Shown here: one piece after another, positions 28,901-39,036 of the stretch | Position numbering within the stretch: the first letter of the stretch is position 1 | How the letters are laid out: every line of letters starts with the position of its first letter | Sequence record: OR805292.1 | Length of the DNA stretch: 64,000 nucleotides | Reading direction: 5' to 3' (one strand) | Position numbers and translations under genes: made by a program | The notes under the pieces: generated by a model | What the model saw: only the letters and a program-made list of their open reading frames with translations | What the model was told of the DNA's origin: nothing | Databases searched by the model: none

Positions 28901-31900
28901 ATTATGGGATTATCTAATGTATTTTCAGTATCGTAATAATGCCATATTGAATCAGTTAAATTCTCAAAGTTTTGTAATAGATTATCATCTTGTATTAAAT
29001 AACCATCCGCCTCAAATTTACCGTACCAATCGTTTGTGCGAATGCCGCGCAACTGAAGTCTTTTTTGTCTAGAGTATAGTAGCGGATCGTATATGGTATC
29101 ATTAAATATAGTTTTGTTATCAAATAGTATAGCGTGTTCTGTATCGCTTGTAGAAACACGGAATAAATATATTCCAATTTGGTCGCTTTCGTGAGATACA
29201 GAGATAGTTCTTCTGTCCCTGTCTATAATAGTATCATTAGGCGATATAGCATATCCATTTTGATCTAATATACTATAAACACCATTTGATATTCTTTCTA
29301 CCTTCTCAGGATAACCTTCGTTTACTTCTAATGTAATTTTAGAAGCGCCAGGGGCGACGAATAAAGTGTTATTTGGTGCCCATTGAGTAGTTGCCCAGAA
29401 TAAGAATCCCTTAGCAGAAGTAACCCAATTTAATACTTCTCCTGTAGTTTGGTCTATTTCATTAAATTTCCATCCGTTTAATTCTAAATACTGACCATAT
29501 CCTATTAGGAAATCAAATACATCTTGAGGAGTATCTAATTCACTTCCGTATTCTATTTCGTAGAATTCGCTATAATCACCTTCATTAATATAGTTTACTG
29601 CTATACCGCCAGTTGCAGGAAGTGATTTTAGACGCATCCAGTTATCTTGATTAAATTTTCCCTGTGCTGCAATAACAACGCATTGATAGTAGACTCCGTT
29701 GTACCGAACTACATCTCCGTAATTGTACTGAACATTAGTGTCATAAATTGTGAAATTAGAAGTTGTTCCGCCTACATTTATTGTAGTTCCAGATACTAAT
29801 GTACTTCTAGGAACAACTTTAAATACAGGATTTAATACATCATATCCTCTTACTTCAAATTTTCCATATTCGTTTACACGTATTGCAACACCGCTGAATA
29901 CGTATTCAGTTATAGGTTTGCCGGTGTATACTCTTACATGTATATTTTCGTTAGGTAACAACATGCTAGAATTAGTAGAGCCGCCAGATATACTATCAGC
30001 ATATACGTTCAATGTATCTACATTGGTATATCCTGCAAGTCTATGTGCTAAACAAACATCTAACGAACGTATCTTACTACCGAAATTGTATGTAACATCT
30101 TGTTTACCCATAAAGGACAATCTATCAAACACATATTGTTGATATCCAGAGTTTAACACTACATTTCCATTTACCACTTCGCCATGGGCATATGTGTTAC
30201 TATTAGCAATTCTTGTATATGTAGAACTTGATATATACTGCTTAGCGTTTATGGGTGCTCTTGTGTCGTCAAGTGGATTCCAATATCTTTCACCGAAATC
30301 TGCAGGTTTCATTAAATATAACAATTCTAACTGAACAAATGGCCATTCCGAATTGGTATACCATGCTTCTTCTACAGGACTATTGTCCCCGAATATCCAT
30401 TCGTCTTGAAGTGTTTCTATTTCTTGATTAGAAAGCTGCGGAACTATACCTAACTCCTCTGGTGTTTTTAAATCACCAGAAGCATCCGACGGTATTAGAT
30501 TTGGAACTAATCCAGTTCTTTTATACTTTTCGTGGGTGCCTGCTCTATTGCCACGGCGAATTATACCGTTTTCAATATCAGTCCACATATCAGTATTTTG
30601 TGAAGTATAATCTCCATTATATTCTTCATCCCACCAGGTCGGCTTTTCTACAAACCCTAACATTTCCCATGGTGTTTTATTAGGTGTTAGTGTGTTATAG
30701 TAGTATTTGTATAATCCGCGCCAGGATCCGATAGAATCGTTACTAACTGGACGATAATTCCAGGTTTTCCAGTTTAACGAATTAAATCCAGAATATAATT
30801 TATAATTAAGACTATTCTTTAAACACCATTTTAAGAAATAAGGTTTTACTATTTCATTATATTGTTGCAGAGTATACCCGTTTTCATAAAATTTTGTCGG
30901 TTTTACATCGTCTAATTTAAGTAATAAATTGTAATCTAGTCTAAATTTGTCGGCAATATTGTTATATATTCTTGTTTCGAATTCTAATAATAGATCATCC
31001 CTAATATCGCCGTAGGTGGGTATTTTAGAACCATCATGACCTAAAATTACTTCTGTAGGAGTAACATAACTAGTATCTACAATTATTTTAGGTTGATATA
31101 CAGGATAACATCCTATTTTAGAAGGTGTTGCAGGTATTTTTGCAGAAAGTATGTTATTGTATGTACGAACAATATACGACGTATTCGAAGGTGTACTAGA
31201 CAGCTTAACAACTAAATTATTATTAGAATACGATAGTGTATAGTCTTTATCTATTGTTAATGTATTGTAATCAACAGAAGTGCCAGATCTTCTAAATACA
31301 AGAACAGAAGAATCCATTTTACCTAATATGTTATTAGTCGGTACTAATAATGTATTTCCTGCTGATACGCTAGAGAAATTGTATTCATCATATACATCAC
31401 CCCATGCAGCCATATATGACTGTGTGAAGGCACCATTGTATTCGAATGTACTAGTAACGCGATTTATCACATACGTAAACAATGCATCTATGTTTACTGG
31501 GTTTGTATTTTGATTTAAAGGCGTAGCTATTAATTCTTTTGCATATTTTATGAACTTATCTTTATATCTAGTATACTCGTCGCGTGCAAATCTTATAGCA
31601 GAATTTATATTTAATTCTTCGCTAGAAGATACAAGCATTGTTTTTAACAATGGACTTCTATTTTGTAGAATAAATGTACCTAAAGATTTGTCTTCAGCAG
31701 TATCTCTGTAATTATTATTAGAACTATAAGGATCTCCTTTAAATCCTATTTGATTAGTCATTATACTAACAAAATGGTTTGTTAACTCATTCGACGAGTA
31801 TTCATTTACTTCTAAGTTGTTAGGGTTATTCTCTAATTGTTGTGGAATTTGATAATACCCTAGTGCGTTATCCGGTAAAGCTTCTTTAGAATAGGTGTAT

Positions 31901-34527
31901 GTTTGAATAACATCAGTTGCAGAGAGTGATCTCAATATTTTTATAGTTTTAGTGGGTTTCCCGTCGTTATCTAGGACTATAGTAAATTCCACATTCTGTG
32001 CAAGGGTAGATTTATTGTATTCTACTCTTATGTCAAATACACCCGTTTCCAACTCTTCAGGTGTTACGCTTAGTTCGTATTCTTTTTGCGAAGAATCTGA
32101 TACTACAAATCTATCTATTACTCTTTGTTTAGAATTTCCGTCAAATGGCACCCAAGTATGCTCATATGTGGGATTAGAGCCAGATATTGTATAATTCCAT
32201 TGTTTAAAATAATAATAACCTTTTATTGGTTCAAATTCATTTCCATTGAAGTATTGGAATACATCCATGTGAAGATCGTGTCTAAACACAATATCGGATA
32301 TTTGACCTAAGTTTTTTACTTCAATAGGAAATCCTAGTATTTCGTCGTCGTATGCACTTTCTTCATTTACTTTATACGAAAAAATCTTAGATCCAGCAAA
32401 TGTAGATTGCGGGAAACTATCCAACGAAATTGCATTGTTATTAGAGTCTAAATCAGTATAATATAAATTAAATAAAGGAGCTTGGTTAGCATTTGTTTTT
32501 CTATTATAAGTCCTTTCCCATTGTACTCCACTATAATAGAACATGTCTCCTGCAAATGTATCTCCTTCAGTTACTAATACTACATCTCCTTTAGCAACTT
32601 TTGTATATTTGTTAGGAACAGGGATTATACTGTTTACTACAGTATTGTCTGGTTGTTCTACTTTAACTATTTTCCATATATAGTCTGTTGCATTTAGTGT
32701 AAGAGTTTCGTTATCTCTTACTATTAATTTAACAATACTATCGTCAGGCACTATATTTTTAAATTCTACTAATAGTGCATTATCTTGTTCTATTGTAAAA
32801 CTAACAAAATCATCTGCAGGATTATATAAGTAGTCATACGATACTGGATCATTGTTTGCATCTCTTGTATATGCATCTATTTGAATACCTATTATATGAT
32901 TACCTATATTTTGTTGAGTAAAATTAAAAGTAAAATCATTATTAAATAAAAATGTTCTTCTGGCGCCTGGTCCTTCTATTGCTTCGGCAGCAGGCTTCTT
33001 ATACATGTTTACTTTATTGTTTACATTTATTTCTACTTGGTCACCAGGCAATAACCCATCTATGTTATCATTTATGATTACATCAAATGCTAAATTAGTA
33101 GGTAAGGTAGTTCCTGTAATGGTTACAATGCTATTATTCTTGCCAACCGGTGTATTTAATGTTTCTACATTAAATGTAAACGAAGTTCTTGGCTGTCTTA
33201 TAGATGTTCCTCTGTTAACTACATCTATAGTCTTAATAGTTCCTACGCTAGATGGTGTATAAAATTTATATTCAATGCCATTTGTTATGTTTTCAAAACT
33301 AACATTGTTTATATCATACGAAATAGGATTCCATTGCAATCCTTTTGTGTCTGCAATGAAATTCATTTGGTTTAATTCATCTTCGTACGAATACCATTCG
33401 GGATTGTAAAACATTTTGTTACCACGTTTTACAATTACAAATATATCATCTGTATCAGTAAATGGTTTTCGTAATATTATATTGTATGGTGCTGCATCTG
33501 CAATAAATGTATCTACAATTGGATAAGTTATTGTGCTATTAGATAAGAAAATTAACTTATCTTGATCTTCTAATAGTTTTCCATCAATAGTGTATGATGC
33601 AGAATTTGATATACTAGAAATATTATCAGACTCGGCTACTAGATTAACTTCACCTAAGTAATTATTTCCAGATTTAAATAACTCTATATCTCTATCAAAC
33701 TCTATAATAGGTCTTCTTGCCTTAACTGCGTTGTTATATGTAGATGTATTGGTTGCAGAGGCAGAAGTTGCCATTACAGATTTATGATACCATTTGTTAG
33801 TGCGCGACCAGGCGTTGCCATCTCTGCAGCCACGTTCTATAGTGATATAATCTACCGAACCGACCGTATCTACTAAGTGAGATTCATCTTTTACTAAAAT
33901 AATACCTTTTCCAACACCTTCTACAGTTAATGGTCTATTAAATGAGGACGAGTTAGTATATTGTATTCTAAGTCCGTTAGAAAGCTGAATAGTATTACCG
34001 TTTTCTAATGTTATACTGGCGTTCTTTTTTCCTATTATATTGTTTATTATCCATTCGTCTGCGTTTATACCACTTTCGTTTTCTACTGTTAACATAATAA
34101 CAGGCAGCCGATCTTCTATCCAATAATAATTTTGGAAATTTATAAATTTATCTAAATCTATCGGCGGACCGAAAGAATAATATCCACCAGAAAATAAAGT
34201 GTCATTATTCTTTGTATTGGCACCATAATAATTTAACCTGTTTAACAAGTCTTGGTAAAACATTATATTTGTTTGATCTAACGTAGTAGAATCAATACTA
34301 TACGAGGTTGCTTCTAACTGATACCAAGTCCGTTCTTTAGTAGGTTCTGCTAAGTAATAATCGTTTATAGGATCATGTCTACCAGGAACTCTTCTACCTA
34401 TGTAGGCAGTTATATCCTCTACATTCTTTTTAGAAAATAGTTGTTCAAATGTAGCTAAAAAGAATCTTTTTTGGGTATCTGTTCTAAATATACCAGGTAA
34501 CTTGTTAAACGTTTTTAATGTTGCCAT
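22954..34527 (-). CDS. giant virion structural protein (baseplate wedge, gp7-like position; 3857 aa)
   Basis: 11.6-kb uninterrupted ORF directly downstream of the gp6-like gene. Confidence 0.8.
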   Translation of the reverse strand: MATLKTFNKLPGIFRTDTQKRFFLATFEQLFSKKNVEDITAYIGRRVPGRHDPINDYYLAEPTKERTWYQLEATSYSIDSTTLDQTNIMFYQDLLNRLNYYGANTKNNDTLFSGGYYSFGPPIDLDKFINFQNYYWIEDRLPVIMLTVENESGINADEWIINNIIGKKNASITLENGNTIQLSNGLRIQYTNSSSFNRPLTVEGVGKGIILVKDESHLVDTVGSVDYITIERGCRDGNAWSRTNKWYHKSVMATSASATNTSTYNNAVKARRPIIEFDRDIELFKSGNNYLGEVNLVAESDNISSISNSASYTIDGKLLEDQDKLIFLSNSTITYPIVDTFIADAAPYNIILRKPFTDTDDIFVIVKRGNKMFYNPEWYSYEDELNQMNFIADTKGLQWNPISYDINNVSFENITNGIEYKFYTPSSVGTIKTIDVVNRGTSIRQPRTSFTFNVETLNTPVGKNNSIVTITGTTLPTNLAFDVIINDNIDGLLPGDQVEINVNNKVNMYKKPAAEAIEGPGARRTFLFNNDFTFNFTQQNIGNHIIGIQIDAYTRDANNDPVSYDYLYNPADDFVSFTIEQDNALLVEFKNIVPDDSIVKLIVRDNETLTLNATDYIWKIVKVEQPDNTVVNSIIPVPNKYTKVAKGDVVLVTEGDTFAGDMFYYSGVQWERTYNRKTNANQAPLFNLYYTDLDSNNNAISLDSFPQSTFAGSKIFSYKVNEESAYDDEILGFPIEVKNLGQISDIVFRHDLHMDVFQYFNGNEFEPIKGYYYFKQWNYTISGSNPTYEHTWVPFDGNSKQRVIDRFVVSDSSQKEYELSVTPEELETGVFDIRVEYNKSTLAQNVEFTIVLDNDGKPTKTIKILRSLSATDVIQTYTYSKEALPDNALGYYQIPQQLENNPNNLEVNEYSSNELTNHFVSIMTNQIGFKGDPYSSNNNYRDTAEDKSLGTFILQNRSPLLKTMLVSSSEELNINSAIRFARDEYTRYKDKFIKYAKELIATPLNQNTNPVNIDALFTYVINRVTSTFEYNGAFTQSYMAAWGDVYDEYNFSSVSAGNTLLVPTNNILGKMDSSVLVFRRSGTSVDYNTLTIDKDYTLSYSNNNLVVKLSSTPSNTSYIVRTYNNILSAKIPATPSKIGCYPVYQPKIIVDTSYVTPTEVILGHDGSKIPTYGDIRDDLLLEFETRIYNNIADKFRLDYNLLLKLDDVKPTKFYENGYTLQQYNEIVKPYFLKWCLKNSLNYKLYSGFNSLNWKTWNYRPVSNDSIGSWRGLYKYYYNTLTPNKTPWEMLGFVEKPTWWDEEYNGDYTSQNTDMWTDIENGIIRRGNRAGTHEKYKRTGLVPNLIPSDASGDLKTPEELGIVPQLSNQEIETLQDEWIFGDNSPVEEAWYTNSEWPFVQLELLYLMKPADFGERYWNPLDDTRAPINAKQYISSSTYTRIANSNTYAHGEVVNGNVVLNSGYQQYVFDRLSFMGKQDVTYNFGSKIRSLDVCLAHRLAGYTNVDTLNVYADSISGGSTNSSMLLPNENIHVRVYTGKPITEYVFSGVAIRVNEYGKFEVRGYDVLNPVFKVVPRSTLVSGTTINVGGTTSNFTIYDTNVQYNYGDVVRYNGVYYQCVVIAAQGKFNQDNWMRLKSLPATGGIAVNYINEGDYSEFYEIEYGSELDTPQDVFDFLIGYGQYLELNGWKFNEIDQTTGEVLNWVTSAKGFLFWATTQWAPNNTLFVAPGASKITLEVNEGYPEKVERISNGVYSILDQNGYAISPNDTIIDRDRRTISVSHESDQIGIYLFRVSTSDTEHAILFDNKTIFNDTIYDPLLYSRQKRLQLRGIRTNDWYGKFEADGYLIQDDNLLQNFENLTDSIWHYYDTENTLDNPIIEQTARHLIGFQDREYLNNLRITGDQQYLFYKGMISQKGTKQSVDKLLRSEFIKSNENIQIYEEFAFKLADFGATNSNAQLEVLIDGDLVKSDPQIVELSYPVSYGTGKVSEVRVLSSEMIYTTTPIIVFATPEEANAGLDPNVDAYLQGNQLNSPNNSIVEEIRATGQIVLKNGRIDSVTITEPGYGYIKPPKIAIIYNQTVITIDKLISIIKNKIDEDSPYDMIITIDSDDNERWLSKPNGRMPVIVGNEIKYNDRLVPTTKQLDGNIPTAGYVNTKDVTHQILYPKNIFTLWERKDVSKPSLTSYIWVGNASSVGIDWGVFVISSGLTPATNALYPYCVINNMVYSYTVDSDGVIDAIFDKEGKQVTNVPIQNPLFFKNVRFKNNASVNVTSGKVWIDSINSDNDWAVAVVSGSTITNIRSRQNLVDSRLFENAYFYDKDTKQTIDFLPVYDPVKGLIPGTADRNIHYKSEIDPTTYSVSANSANIDDELAFTDSEVGRLWWDTSTCRYLQYEQPGKLDGSETKEQILEYRRDNWGKLFPGSVINVYEWVSSPFTPDLYNGTGTPKSLTDYVVRYDTNSAGQATPIYYYWVKGKQEIPNNIKSRNMTSTSVENLITNPKSQGYKWFSFIGNNSFVFSNVSKTINGKTPVFQVNYRYTKNINEKHTEWKLLREGDEVSVIPTYLWNRLVDSLVGYNINGDIVPDPTLSEFSKLGIKVRPRQSMIDNRMAARKVFVQNANSLLSTISIKDFNPAWADGLASSVLWRYVNWYADGFNQFNTTPVKQVSTVGELTGLVGKLKDGDIVKLVRPEEFTLYQYSNQNFTLIGRQNSAIQLLPAIYTVSRSYTNDNALRELIFALYNNVFKDANLVMRNLVFFALINYILSEQQNLDWVFKTTYIKVNQEGESLTQQESVTTDPIQSFISYIKEIKPYTTKIRDLGVKYNVPMDIANGTAYDYDSLYDWPDDHEGEQAPFRPIEVPRLFDINSLYDRVQCGYITKPNYIDLGDQTFIGTGGQVVLIANTPNDEFIALDGISQYRLGANKDISRITSVTINGQEIEGYTFTTILNATFIILPSTPDAGDVITVNYTDIKSVWKIKVDGKTITKEQYDVEINENGYLQVTFKSNTLIKIGSKIKLYSGTEFTQTPLEEMRLEYNARQPGKVLKPIFDLAIDPAGKIAGGWGIPKWGQLRWGIPGTIQEGNRQLWTEYLQYSGAAGRYILYQTDLQRDILSAAPINGSYPYSSFTERLYESSAGERDVLFQFNERFGDEYGCDYEGKVIDAKDFEYIFSRPWDSTKWDEYAWDASTATYVITPNYTETSATVISEGKTTFVIRYVVDITGVTLNGSSTQYTATKGSNFTSIEVPSAAEGDEIVFTFNPVTNTFNSDTSKPIIDGAYFEDTNVREGIPEEQALVSPTENMVIIVDSNAKTTEVQYVVTNTDTSNPFVKIVLTEKIVLQDIIGLVINGDPNTEDKLKFNIDNNGINTVVIAYPTSFSAGDIISVVYKDNYTSQTTVANDYRFDTNSVVRDNTQGYITVDLRNTKQNKDINTWDTFAWDPSIDSPENADSVYLLPIDMPTIANPDEVVAQASGQLTYKFVDITANGVDTMIHTGMNILPNRVQGVYSSGVAMYGYTVVVDNSGITPELVINFEIAPSAGTVITVKYQSYSIMKLDDYVSYVMNKYNITSVTTSEYKLQTIDMFVAANKRMISVSNNLYTRKSKEMLYTNTKLFTVDTSIRNFVGETVYINGISKTKDKDYTIEFTNITGDNAKLLVVYKGTLNAGDIIRIDWTETNIQKVTDIVNNSWVAVFNEQHNFINPVTMQGDNVVIKYPAKPLSFRVHLDEMGETHYVRISDYYSTRLAKPLKLTDKSIELVDASAIVDPSSSKPGVVWIGTERIEFLYKRGNKLHGLTRGSLGTSVYTGTNGDTTVPLYTRVFDGSYKQEQEDTGKYIWENNNGGLALSTTPWAIFLQNRPGSGLTP

Positions 34528-34533
34528 TTTTAG

Positions 34534-37500
34534 TTAAATTCTCATATTCATTTCTGTTAAGTTATTTACTATCTCTACATTAGCTACAGTTGCAGTAGAT
34601 ATAAACAATTCATCTGATTCTGCTCTAATTTGGAATAAATTACCAAATTTAGAAGTTTGTTCTATAGGTACTATAACAACCGAACCTATAACTCCCGCTA
34701 GGGTTTGGTGAATGTATGCTGCTAATTCTGTATAATAGAATGATTCACCGAAATCCCAGTTGTTTATGTTGAAATATTCGTCTATTGCAGAAACAACTTT
34801 AGATTTTATTTCGTTATCGGTTAAAGTAGTGGAACCTACTTTAACTACTTTAAATGTACATTTGTATTCTTCTCTTGCTTGCTGGCCAAATAATACTTTA
34901 AATCTAGCAGGCTGGAATACAATTTGGTCCGACAGCATTTTGTATGTACTAAGATCACCAAATTGTATTCTTAGTTCTTCAGTAGTAGGCGATTCGGGGA
35001 AACGTTCGATAGGTAAATTTTGATTTTTCCATTTAAGGATATCGTCATAATACGATTGTGTTAAAGTTACCATATCTACAATATTACTTATACTAGGATC
35101 TATTCTGTTATCCGAAGGAGCATAATGTTTCCATTTATAATGCAACGGATAAAACTGAGAATCCTCGTTCTGTGTATATCCCCTTCCGTTACTAACACTA
35201 TGGTCGTCATCAAACACATATGATAATACAGCATAACTTGCAGTTAATGTCATAAACTGTGCTAATGAAGACGAATTAGCCTTCGCCGCGGTTATACCTG
35301 TTATTTCGTTAATAGTTTGATTATTTCCATTGTTAATGCGTATTGTTTCGAAAATACGACTACCAGGAGAATCTAAATTCTGTGTTACAATATTTATTCC
35401 GTCATTTTCTATGCGTTCTATAAAAATAGTTGTCCCATCAACACTATTGTTACTATTATAATTATCAGAATATATTGCTTCTAATACTTTAGTCCTTAGC
35501 AATGATTTAAAAGATGATTCTGCTGCACTTGCAATTAAAACTAAGTCCCTTGCAACAACATCATTATAATTAAAATCTAAACTATTAGGATTCTGTTGTC
35601 GAAGATCTAACCAAGATGCTTGCCATAATCTATTATATTCATACCCGTCGTAATCTGTAGTTTTTTCGTGAAAAACTAAATCCGTAGGTGAAACAAATTG
35701 TTCGAAAATAAAAGTATTATCTGGTATACCGTCTCTATCTCTGTCTGCAGGAACTACTACTATTTTTCTGGGATCACTATATCCGTCAGATTCTATAAAT
35801 GTTTGGAAAGAATTCCAGACAATAGAATTACCCAACTGGCCTTGATTAGAATAAAATATTCGTATAATATCGTTAACTTGTTGCCCTACGTATTCTGCAT
35901 CTAAAACGCCAGCAGATGCAGCTCCAGTTGGCAATGCACCCGGTAATAGTATGCCGTTTTGCCAGTACTGAATTTCTTTAGGTAAAGTATCTCTGTATTT
36001 TAAAATTATTTTGTTGTCAGGATATGTTAAACTAACTATACCATTAACCAAACGCCATTGACCGTTTCCGATAAACTGCCAATTTTCTACTATAGTAGGA
36101 CCTGTGTTAATTCCTAGTATTTCTATTTCATCTCGTTGTGCAGAACCAGTGTTTATATCAAATTCGGTTTCGTCAGTATCGTAGTAAAATTCTACAGTAC
36201 CGTTTGTTTCAAATATAAACTTTGTTCCTCTCGATAAAAATGTATAATTATCTGTTTCAGTAGAATATGTTAAAACAAGCATCCAGTCTTTTCTAACTGC
36301 AGGTTGAGATAAAGATAAATCGAATTCAAAATTATCTAAATTTGTAGTAGGTACGCCTAATACAATAAACCACGAACCTTCTGGATCTACATCTATATCG
36401 TACTTTAAACCAAATTCATTTCTTCTAAATAGTTGATTTGCTATATCTGTAGTTTCTTCTGTATCAAACGTTGTTTTATATCTAGGATATACACTATCTA
36501 CATACCAATTGGCCGGAATTTCTATATCAAATACAAACAAACTTGCGTTTAATCTAGTTGCAATAAACTCATTATCTGTAGTTGCATCCCCTTGTGACAC
36601 CGGGTTAGTAATACTTTTAACGGTTACTTCTTTATATTCTGTACCGTTTGTAAATTTAATTTTAGATCCGACAGAAAGGAATCTAAATTCCCCTTCTGGT
36701 CTATTATTATAATTCGTAGGATATATATAGTTGGTAGATCCTTTAACTAAGTATCCTGTATTAGTTGCATCAGACGACGGATACGTTACCCACCTTGCTT
36801 GAGTAGAAGTGTATCTAAATATATTAGGAACTCCAGGGCGAACAATGGAGGTATTTATGGGGTTAGGAGTTGGGTTTTGTCTATATCTTATATACTCACT
36901 TAGGTAATTATTCCAATAAAAGTTGATTAAATCTTGATTTCTGATAAATGTCTGTAAATTATTTCTAACTACTATATTTTCGCTAACTAATTTATCACCC
37001 ATTGCTACTGTAGTAGAAGGCACAGTACTCTGATTGTATATAGAACCATCTTCGCCGAAAATATTTAAATTTTGATGAAATCCAGTTGGATCGTTAATAT
37101 CTATGTATCTAGAATGTCCAGAATGAGTTCTATTGATAGCATGAACTTTTGCAATAGAACTACCCTGCGTTAACGGGAAAACATTATAATCCTCGTTGTT
37201 TACCATTCTATCTTGGGTATAGTATACTTGAGGTGCTCTGGTTTTTATCTCATCGTTTGTTTCTGTAGGCGAAGAATTAGATATAGTTTGTTCTAAACTA
37301 AAAATTAATCTAAGGTCATATTGTTGAGAATCTGCACCTATATACGGTATTACTAATTCCATTCCGGATGCTTCTTCCGGGCGTAAAGTAAAAGTAGTGT
37401 TAGATGAAACTCTATACCATACTCTAAATGTACCTGTAGGAATAGTACCGAAATTTCCATCAGAGAATTTAACAGAAATTTGATCATTAACTCTAGAAAC

Positions 37501-38493
37501 TACTTCAAATATATTTCTTATACCTAAGTTAATACTATTATAAATTATATTTGTTCCGCCAGAAACGTTAGGTACCTTAGTCCATTTTTCTTCAACAGTT
37601 CCGATTTCGTTAATCTCTTGGACCCACACATCGGTTTCGTTTATATTTCTATCATTTATATCTATAATTCTATTTTGAACAGGGAAATCGAATGCAAAAT
37701 CTTTAAATGCAAGAGTACCCTGTTTAAATTGTAAAAAGAAACCTGTGTTTGCAGAATCTAGCCCTTGGCCATCGTTCCTGTATATAACATGAAACGCATC
37801 GTCTGGATCGGGTTGTCTTTCCGTAAATGTTTCGTCAAAATCTGAGTTAACTACTTCAAACGGTAGGGCTACATTATTAACAACTATCGGTATAGGAAAT
37901 GCAACGTTTACCCTTTTTACGTTGTTTAATTGATATAAGCTAGTAGGTATATTACCTACTGTTCCACTTTTAAATGGTCTACCAAATGGATTAGTAGAAG
38001 CGAATGCCGCATTTAATATAGTTATAAACTTGTCATAACTATCTATATCATTGGGATCATTCCAAAATACAGTTCTATTATTTAAATTCCTTTCTTGAGA
38101 ATCTGTAACTGGTTCTGACGTTTGCACACCTATTAATTTAAATAATCCTTTAGCAGGTATATTTCGTTTAGGTTGATAGTTTATCATTCTAGCTAAACGT
38201 ATAATGCTATCCCTACGCTCAGCAGTATCCATAAAGTTTTCTCTAGAATTTAAATCCATTCTAAATGCAAGGCTAGTTCCTAGATATGCAAGCAATTCTA
38301 TAATAGCAATAAATTCAGAGCTTTCTATGTAGTCATTAAAATCTTCAGGATAATGAATTTGAACATAATTAACTAACGCAGTCTTTAAGGAATCAAAATC
38401 ATATGCTTTGAAATCGACGTCCTTGAAACTTTTATATATTTTTCTATAATCTTCCGCTGCGAACAGATTAGATTGTCTTACGTCTTGTGACAT
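34534..38493 (-). CDS. gp6: baseplate wedge subunit, T4 gp6-like (1319 aa)
   Basis: YDFDSLK..L..Y, DFNDYIESS, LAFR.D...RE.F..TA and DR.V...DY motifs; adjacent to gp25. Confidence 0.85.
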   Translation of the reverse strand: MSQDVRQSNLFAAEDYRKIYKSFKDVDFKAYDFDSLKTALVNYVQIHYPEDFNDYIESSEFIAIIELLAYLGTSLAFRMDLNSRENFMDTAERRDSIIRLARMINYQPKRNIPAKGLFKLIGVQTSEPVTDSQERNLNNRTVFWNDPNDIDSYDKFITILNAAFASTNPFGRPFKSGTVGNIPTSLYQLNNVKRVNVAFPIPIVVNNVALPFEVVNSDFDETFTERQPDPDDAFHVIYRNDGQGLDSANTGFFLQFKQGTLAFKDFAFDFPVQNRIIDINDRNINETDVWVQEINEIGTVEEKWTKVPNVSGGTNIIYNSINLGIRNIFEVVSRVNDQISVKFSDGNFGTIPTGTFRVWYRVSSNTTFTLRPEEASGMELVIPYIGADSQQYDLRLIFSLEQTISNSSPTETNDEIKTRAPQVYYTQDRMVNNEDYNVFPLTQGSSIAKVHAINRTHSGHSRYIDINDPTGFHQNLNIFGEDGSIYNQSTVPSTTVAMGDKLVSENIVVRNNLQTFIRNQDLINFYWNNYLSEYIRYRQNPTPNPINTSIVRPGVPNIFRYTSTQARWVTYPSSDATNTGYLVKGSTNYIYPTNYNNRPEGEFRFLSVGSKIKFTNGTEYKEVTVKSITNPVSQGDATTDNEFIATRLNASLFVFDIEIPANWYVDSVYPRYKTTFDTEETTDIANQLFRRNEFGLKYDIDVDPEGSWFIVLGVPTTNLDNFEFDLSLSQPAVRKDWMLVLTYSTETDNYTFLSRGTKFIFETNGTVEFYYDTDETEFDINTGSAQRDEIEILGINTGPTIVENWQFIGNGQWRLVNGIVSLTYPDNKIILKYRDTLPKEIQYWQNGILLPGALPTGAASAGVLDAEYVGQQVNDIIRIFYSNQGQLGNSIVWNSFQTFIESDGYSDPRKIVVVPADRDRDGIPDNTFIFEQFVSPTDLVFHEKTTDYDGYEYNRLWQASWLDLRQQNPNSLDFNYNDVVARDLVLIASAAESSFKSLLRTKVLEAIYSDNYNSNNSVDGTTIFIERIENDGINIVTQNLDSPGSRIFETIRINNGNNQTINEITGITAAKANSSSLAQFMTLTASYAVLSYVFDDDHSVSNGRGYTQNEDSQFYPLHYKWKHYAPSDNRIDPSISNIVDMVTLTQSYYDDILKWKNQNLPIERFPESPTTEELRIQFGDLSTYKMLSDQIVFQPARFKVLFGQQAREEYKCTFKVVKVGSTTLTDNEIKSKVVSAIDEYFNINNWDFGESFYYTELAAYIHQTLAGVIGSVVIVPIEQTSKFGNLFQIRAESDELFISTATVANVEIVNNLTEMNMRI

Positions 38494-38507
38494 GAATTAA
38501 TTCCTAC

Positions 38508-38900
38508 TTATAATCTATCTATGTTAGAACTATTTTCTTGAGTAAAAATAGCAATAAGCCTTTCTGGTGTTTGGTATGGCAAAAATGTAAGTAATACCTC
38601 TATTCTTATTCCGTTGTGAAGTTGTATTACTTTTATATCGTCATCGCTGTTTAATTGAACTCTCGGATCAGAACCGATTACGTCCTTAACATCATCTACA
38701 ACTATTCCTACTGTATATTCGTCTAGGGGATCCATTACATAGTCGTGTATAATACTTCCGAATTCGGGTAACATAACTCGTTCGCCCTTTCTTGTATAGA
38801 AATGATTCATTAAATCTACTTTAACTAAATCTATATCATTTACTTGATACGGTGGCCTAACTTTACCTACCGTAGAAAATCCAATAAACACTTTTGCCAC
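38508..38900 (-). CDS. gp25: baseplate wedge subunit gp25-like
   Basis: D.DLVK.DL.NHF.TRKGERVM.PEFGS.I motif. Confidence 0.9.
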   Translation of the reverse strand: MAKVFIGFSTVGKVRPPYQVNDIDLVKVDLMNHFYTRKGERVMLPEFGSIIHDYVMDPLDEYTVGIVVDDVKDVIGSDPRVQLNSDDDIKVIQLHNGIRIEVLLTFLPYQTPERLIAIFTQENSSNIDRL

Positions 38901-38922
38901 TTTATTATTCCTGTTTATTTCA

Positions 38923-38931
38923 ATATTTATC
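38923..38931 (-). promoter_or_regulatory. late promoter motif GATAAATA(T/C), T4-late (TATAAATA)-like
   Basis: The same motif precedes late genes at 22934-42(-), 44027-35(-), 52077-85(-), 52058-66(+), 50468-75(+), 49068-76(+) and 63622-30(+). TATAAATA occurs at 56537-44(+). Confidence 0.8.
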
Positions 38932-38955
38932 TGGATATTTTTCTACATACTTAAC

Positions 38956-38984
38956 TTGACGGATAACAGTAAAATTAGTATACT
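38956..38984 (+). promoter_or_regulatory. sigma70 promoter
   Basis: TTGACG-N17-TATACT. Confidence 0.8.
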
Positions 38985-39036
38985 GTATGCATGTTAAGTA
39001 ATTCCGCTTAACAGTAACTAAGCAAAGAAAAAGAAA

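Noticed and set aside
23905-36712. Short + strand ORFs inside the giant structural genes
   Set aside because: They are antisense by-products with no SD or promoter support.
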